From an uncultured Verrucomicrobiota bacterium (GTDB lineage Bacteria; Verrucomicrobiota; Verrucomicrobiia; Chthoniobacterales; JACTMZ01), in assembly GCA_903953565.1 (NCBI GenBank), contig CAJBKE010000055.1:65957-129956 (forward strand): a stretch of 64,000 nucleotides of DNA, in the 5' to 3' direction. Below, in pieces: positions 59,603-64,000 of this stretch. Every line of letters begins with the position of its first letter. The stretch's first letter is position 1. Made by a program: the position numbers and the translations under genes. Below the pieces are notes generated by a model. It was not told the DNA's origin and made no database searches. It saw only the letters and a list, made by a program, of their open reading frames with translations.

Positions 59603-61903
59603 TTGCACCAAAAGACCCGGCGGGTGATGTTGCCCTTCGACATGCCGAAGCCACGCCGCCGGCCCGCCGCTGAAAAACGCCGGTCCACCACCCGTTCCCG
59701 CAGAGGAAAAGATTCCGGCACACGCCGCCAGCAAGGGAAAGACAAAAGCCGTCCGGAATCTCCCCGCATTCCCGGCCCGCGGGAAATACCGACGGGAGTA
59801 GCGGACGCCGCCCTCGCCGCCAAAATTCTTTCCTTGGTCCACCGCCAGCGTCAGTCGCCGCCCTCCATGCAGGAGATCGCCTCGCGCTTGCGCCTCGCGC
59901 CCGGAGAAGGTGCGGCGACCTTGGCCAAAACGCTGCACGACCTCGAGTTGTCCGGCGGCATTGTGCGCGTGCGGCAGGACCAATTTGCCATTCCCTCCGA
60001 CGTGGACCTCGTGGTCGGCACGATCCAGACGCACCGCGACGGTTCAGCCCACCTCCTGCGCGACAAGCCGGGTGAACAGGAATTTTATCTCACCCCGGAG
60101 AACACGGCGACCGCGCTACCCGGAGATCGTGTCGTGGTGCGTCACCTGCGCGACCAACCACCCCATCGCGGTTATCAACCCTGCGGACGCGTCATCCGCA
60201 TCCTCAAACGCGGCACAACCACCGCGGTCGGCACTCTCGAAAAATCGGCACGCTTCTGGCACGTCGTGCCCGACGACAAACATTTCGTCCACAATATCTA
60301 CGTCCCCCAACCCGCGGCGCCGCTGCGCCCCAACCAAGGCGACAAGGTCGTGGTCAAACTGGGCGAATGGAAATCCCGCCACACCAATCCCGAGGGGGAA
60401 ATCGTCGAGGTCCTTGGACCGGCGGATAAACCCGGCATCGATATCGAGTCGATCATCCGCAAGTTCGACCTGCCGGCCAAGTTTCCGGAAAACGTCCTCG
60501 CCGAAGCAAAGTCATTCGCCGACATCGTGCCCGAGTCCGCCGCGCGCGGACGCGAAGATTGCCGCGACACCCTCGTGGTGACGATCGATCCGGACGACGC
60601 GCGCGATTTCGACGATGCGATCAATGTCGAGAAGACCAAGGACGGATGGAAGCTTACCGTCCACGTGGCCGATGTTTCGCACTATGTCACTCCGGGCACC
60701 CCTCTGGACCACGAAGCCTACAAACGCGGAAACAGCGTTTACCTGCCGGACCGCGTCATTCCCATGCTGCCCGAGGCCTTGAGCAACGGTCTTTGCAGTC
60801 TGCGTCCGGACGAAGACCGTCTCACCTTCGCCGCGTTTCTCGAGATTTCACGCGAGGGTAAGATCCGCAAATCGCGTTTTGCCAAATGCATCATCCGCAG
60901 CGCACGCCGCTTCACTTACAAAGAGGCTTTCGCCCGGTTGCAGGTCAAGCCGGCGGACCACTTCGACCGCATGCTCCACGAGGCCTGGGCCATGGCTTCG
61001 GTCATGCGCAAAAAGCGTTTTGAAGAAGGCTCGCTCGACCTCGATTTCCCCGAAGTGAAAGTCTGGTTGGACGATCAGGGCCGACCGGCGCGCCTCGAAC
61101 GCATCGAGAACGACATTTCCCACCAACTCATCGAGGAATGCATGCTCGCGGCCAACGAAGCGGTGGCCCGCTTCTTCCGCCTCAAGCCCGCCGCGGCCAT
61201 CCATCGCGTGCACGAGAAGCCGGATGAAGCCAAGCTCAACGAATACCGCGAGCGTGCGCAGATGCACGGACACAAAGTCGGCAACCTCGCGGTGCGCAAG
61301 GAGCTGACGCGTTTCCTCAAAATGCTGCGCGGCCAGCCCGAGGAATACGCCTTGAAGACCGCGCTGCTGAAAAGCCTGAAACGGGCCAGCTACTCTCCCG
61401 AGCCGGCCGGACACTATGGTCTGGCCAAAGACGACTACACGCATTTCACCAGCCCGATCCGCCGCTATGCCGATCTCATCGTGCATCGCGTGCTCTCCGA
61501 CGTCTGCGGCTACAGCAAACCGAAAGGACGCATCCCGTTCGAAGAAATTTCGCGGCATATCTCCACGACCGAGCGCAACGCGTCCGAAGCAGAGCGCGAG
61601 GCCGTGCGGCTCAAGAAATTCGAATTCTTCCGCCAGCAATTGGCCAAGAAGACCGGACAAACCTTCAAAGCCATCGTCCTCGAAGTCCGCAACTTCGGCA
61701 TGTTCGTCGAATTGCCGGACGTCATGGCCGGCGGACTCATCCATGTGTCGGCCCTCGGCGACGACTTCTACACCTTCGACCAGGCGAGGCAGCGCTTCAT
61801 CGGTCGCAAGAAAAAGAAAACCTACAAGGCCGGCGACGAACTCGAAGTCGTCGTGGCCCGGGTCGATCCCTTCAAGCAGCAACTCGACTTCGCGCCGGTC
61901 TAA
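59603..61903 (+). CDS. rnr: Ribonuclease R
   Basis: Has an N-terminal winged-helix region, cold-shock-like domains, RNB-domain motifs (TIDPDDARDFDDAI, HYGLAKDDYTHFTSPIRRYADLIVHR) and a C-terminal S1 domain (FGMFVEL). The start is uncertain: TTG 59603, ATG 59627 or ATG 59642. Confidence 0.9.
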   Translation: MHQKTRRVMLPFDMPKPRRRPAAEKRRSTTRSRRGKDSGTRRQQGKDKSRPESPRIPGPREIPTGVADAALAAKILSLVHRQRQSPPSMQEIASRLRLAPGEGAATLAKTLHDLELSGGIVRVRQDQFAIPSDVDLVVGTIQTHRDGSAHLLRDKPGEQEFYLTPENTATALPGDRVVVRHLRDQPPHRGYQPCGRVIRILKRGTTTAVGTLEKSARFWHVVPDDKHFVHNIYVPQPAAPLRPNQGDKVVVKLGEWKSRHTNPEGEIVEVLGPADKPGIDIESIIRKFDLPAKFPENVLAEAKSFADIVPESAARGREDCRDTLVVTIDPDDARDFDDAINVEKTKDGWKLTVHVADVSHYVTPGTPLDHEAYKRGNSVYLPDRVIPMLPEALSNGLCSLRPDEDRLTFAAFLEISREGKIRKSRFAKCIIRSARRFTYKEAFARLQVKPADHFDRMLHEAWAMASVMRKKRFEEGSLDLDFPEVKVWLDDQGRPARLERIENDISHQLIEECMLAANEAVARFFRLKPAAAIHRVHEKPDEAKLNEYRERAQMHGHKVGNLAVRKELTRFLKMLRGQPEEYALKTALLKSLKRASYSPEPAGHYGLAKDDYTHFTSPIRRYADLIVHRVLSDVCGYSKPKGRIPFEEISRHISTTERNASEAEREAVRLKKFEFFRQQLAKKTGQTFKAIVLEVRNFGMFVELPDVMAGGLIHVSALGDDFYTFDQARQRFIGRKKKKTYKAGDELEVVVARVDPFKQQLDFAPV

Positions 61904-61908
61904 CGGAC

Positions 61909-64000
61909 CTATTTCGCCCTACCGCTCTCGCCGCTGTTGCGATTCGCAAGGTAGAAGAGCACCGGGACCGCCATGCGGCTGAGCAGGAGTGACGCGATCT
62001 CGCCGGCCATCAGCGAAATGGCCAAGCCCTGGAAGATCGGGTCGAACAAAATGACCCCGGCCCCGACCACCACGGCCATGGCGGTGAGCAACATGGGACG
62101 GAACCGCACCGCACCGGCGTCGATGACCGCCTGATCGAGCGGCATGCCCTGTGCGCGGCGCAGTTGGATGAAGTCGACGAGGATGATGGAATTCCGCACC
62201 ACAATGCCCGCGCCGGCCATGAACCCGATCATCGATGGCGCGCTGAAAAATGCGCCCATCAATCCGTGAGCCGGCAGGATGCCGACGAGCGAAAAAGGAA
62301 TAGCCGCCATCACCACCAGCGGCGTGAGGAAAGATCCGAACCATCCGACCATCAGCAGGTAAATCAGGATCAAGACGGCGGCAAAAGCCAGGCTGAGGTC
62401 GCGGAACACCTCGATCGTGATATGCCACTCGCCGTCCCATTTGATTGCGGGCTGGAAATCGGTGAAGGGCAGGGTCGCATTGTAGATTTCCACCGCACCG
62501 TCCGCCCCGCCGAAATTGGAGGCATTCAGCGCGGCCAGCCGGCGGTTCATTTCGAGAATGGCATAGACCGGGCTTTCCACTTCACCCGCCACATCGGCCA
62601 TGACGTAAACGACGGGCATGAGATTCTTGTGGTAGAGACTTTTGTCCTCTGTGGTCGTATCGACCCGCACCAGCTCGCGTAACGGAACCAAGGGCGCGGC
62701 GGCGGCGCCGGATCCAGGCTCGGGCAACGCGTTGGCATCGCCCGAACGCACGCGCAGGGAGAGAAGTTGCTCGGGCGTGGCTTTGTCGCGGTTGGGCAAT
62801 TCGAGGACGACATTGACGTCCTCTTTTTCCCTTGGCTGGTGGATGAGATCGACCGACTGCCCGCGTGTCGCGATGGCCAAAGTGCGCGAGATGGTGTCTG
62901 CACTGATGCCGTTGAGCGCCGCTTTTTCCTTGTCGACCACGAACCGCGCCTTCGGCTGGTCCGCTTCGACATACCAATCGACATCGACCACCCCGGTGGT
63001 CTCGCCGAATATTTTCTTCACCTCCGCGGCCAACTTCAGCCGCGACGCATCGTCCGGCCCGTAGATCTCGGCCACGATGGTCTGCAGCACCGGCGGTCCG
63101 GGCGGCACTTCGGCCACGGCGAGCCGCGCATTGTGCCGCTCGGCGATTTCGGCCAGACGCGGACGCACCCGCTTGGCAATATCGTGGCTCTGCTCCCGGC
63201 GGTCGTGGCGCGAGAGCAGATTGACCTGCAGGTCGGCCACCGCCGGACCCGAGCGCATGAAGTAGTGGCGGACGAGGCCGTTGAAATTGAAAGGCGAAGC
63301 CGTTCCCGCGTAGATCTGCACGTCGCGCACTTCCTTCTCCGGCAGCAGGGCATCGGCCATCTCGCGGGCCACGGCGGCCGTCTGCTCGAGGGAACTGTCC
63401 TCCGGCATGTTGAGGATGACCTGGAACTCGCTCTTGTTGTCGAAGGGCAGCATTTTCACCTTCACAAAACCGAGCGGAACAAGGGCGAACGACCCCAGCA
63501 GGAGAAAGACGATCACCGCGAGAAAGGTCCAACGCCATTTCGCGTCGTGGATGAGATGACCCATCCACTTGCGGTAAAGCAGAGTGAACTTCCCTTCTTT
63601 TTCCCCCTCCCCGTGATGCTCCCCGACTTCGCGCGCCAGCATGCGCCGCGCCGCCCATGGCGTGACGATGAACGCGATGAGCAACGACCAGAACATCGCC
63701 GCGCTTGCCCCGATCGGGATCGGGCGCATGTAGGGCCCCATCAGACCGCTGACAAAAGCCATCGGCAGAATCGCGGCAATGACCGCGAGCGTGGCGAGGA
63801 TCGTCGGGTTGCCCACCTCGGCCACCGCTTCGATCGCCACCTCGCTGAGGTTGCGGCGGGCGTTCTGCGGCATGCGGTAGTGCCGCACCACGTTTTCCAC
63901 CACCACGATGGCGTCATCGACGAGAATGCCGATGGAAAAAATCAGGGCAAACAGCGTGATGCGGTTCAGCGTGTAGCCGTAAAGATAGAAAACGAGCAGG
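61909..64000 (-). CDS. RND efflux transporter permease (AcrB family), C-terminal ~695 aa; 5' end beyond the window
   Basis: The frame stays open to position 64000 (..[23 protein letters not shown]..). Contains [12 protein letters not shown] and the C-terminal TM bundle [38 protein letters not shown]. Confidence 0.85.
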   Translation of the reverse strand, partial: LLVFYLYGYTLNRITLFALIFSIGILVDDAIVVVENVVRHYRMPQNARRNLSEVAIEAVAEVGNPTILATLAVIAAILPMAFVSGLMGPYMRPIPIGASAAMFWSLLIAFIVTPWAARRMLAREVGEHHGEGEKEGKFTLLYRKWMGHLIHDAKWRWTFLAVIVFLLLGSFALVPLGFVKVKMLPFDNKSEFQVILNMPEDSSLEQTAAVAREMADALLPEKEVRDVQIYAGTASPFNFNGLVRHYFMRSGPAVADLQVNLLSRHDRREQSHDIAKRVRPRLAEIAERHNARLAVAEVPPGPPVLQTIVAEIYGPDDASRLKLAAEVKKIFGETTGVVDVDWYVEADQPKARFVVDKEKAALNGISADTISRTLAIATRGQSVDLIHQPREKEDVNVVLELPNRDKATPEQLLSLRVRSGDANALPEPGSGAAAAPLVPLRELVRVDTTTEDKSLYHKNLMPVVYVMADVAGEVESPVYAILEMNRRLAALNASNFGGADGAVEIYNATLPFTDFQPAIKWDGEWHITIEVFRDLSLAFAAVLILIYLLMVGWFGSFLTPLVVMAAIPFSLVGILPAHGLMGAFFSAPSMIGFMAGAGIVVRNSIILVDFIQLRRAQGMPLDQAVIDAGAVRFRPMLLTAMAVVVGAGVILFDPIFQGLAISLMAGEIASLLLSRMAVPVLFYLANRNSGESGRAK

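Overview
High-GC bacterial chromosomal segment. The gene content (PEP-CTERM protein, giant multidomain secreted glycoside hydrolases, glycine-rich RRM protein) looks Verrucomicrobiota-like, which is inference only. Layout: 1-20.4 kb holds housekeeping genes (PHP phosphoesterase, ppgK, aroB, hemW, hldD, recJ) around two huge secreted alpha-glucan hydrolases: GH13 at 6030-11492 (+) and a GH57/GH119-like enzyme with CBM25-type modules at 12309-16667 (-). tRNA-Ala(GGC) lies at 20626-20698. 20.8-51.4 kb is a ~30 kb, entirely minus-strand Wzx/Wzy-type polysaccharide locus (GT26, 4x GT4, 2x GT2, Wzy, Wzx, acetyl/acyl/methyl/pyruvyl transferases, GMC oxidoreductase, aldo-keto reductase, nitroreductase-like protein, Glf, SIS isomerase, epimerase). 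It is interleaved with about ten toxin-antitoxin-type modules (HepT/MNT, RelE, ParE, PIN, HEPN/MNT/UPF0175, DUF4258/DUF2283, 2x DUF4160/DUF2442). 51.8-64 kb holds a GbsR-type regulator, a BtuF/FecCDE-type ABC importer, OsmC, secA, rnr and the 3' part of an RND pump. The most unusual content is not a gene set but several families of short structured repeats that saturate the polysaccharide locus. R1 is a ~100-nt two-hairpin element ending in three 10-bp tandem units; it always sits just 3' of minus-strand genes and sometimes supplies their stop codon. R2 is a 39-nt GCAYAAC-N17-CGTCTTA box ~100 nt upstream of three gene blocks (ECF-sigma-like promoter candidate). R3 and R4 are stop-codon-poor ~60-80-bp heptad-periodic elements inserted in frame into three GT4 genes, and a related heptad insert sits in glf; one GT4 ORF carries roughly 200 repeat-derived codons. 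R5 is a MITE-like element with GGTGGATCGCG inverted termini. There is also a 63-bp tandem array with ~21-bp sub-period upstream of a GT4 gene. Most long track ORFs that overlap these calls on the opposite strand are GC-driven shadow ORFs and were not called. All coordinates of repeats were read by eye and may be off by a few nt.
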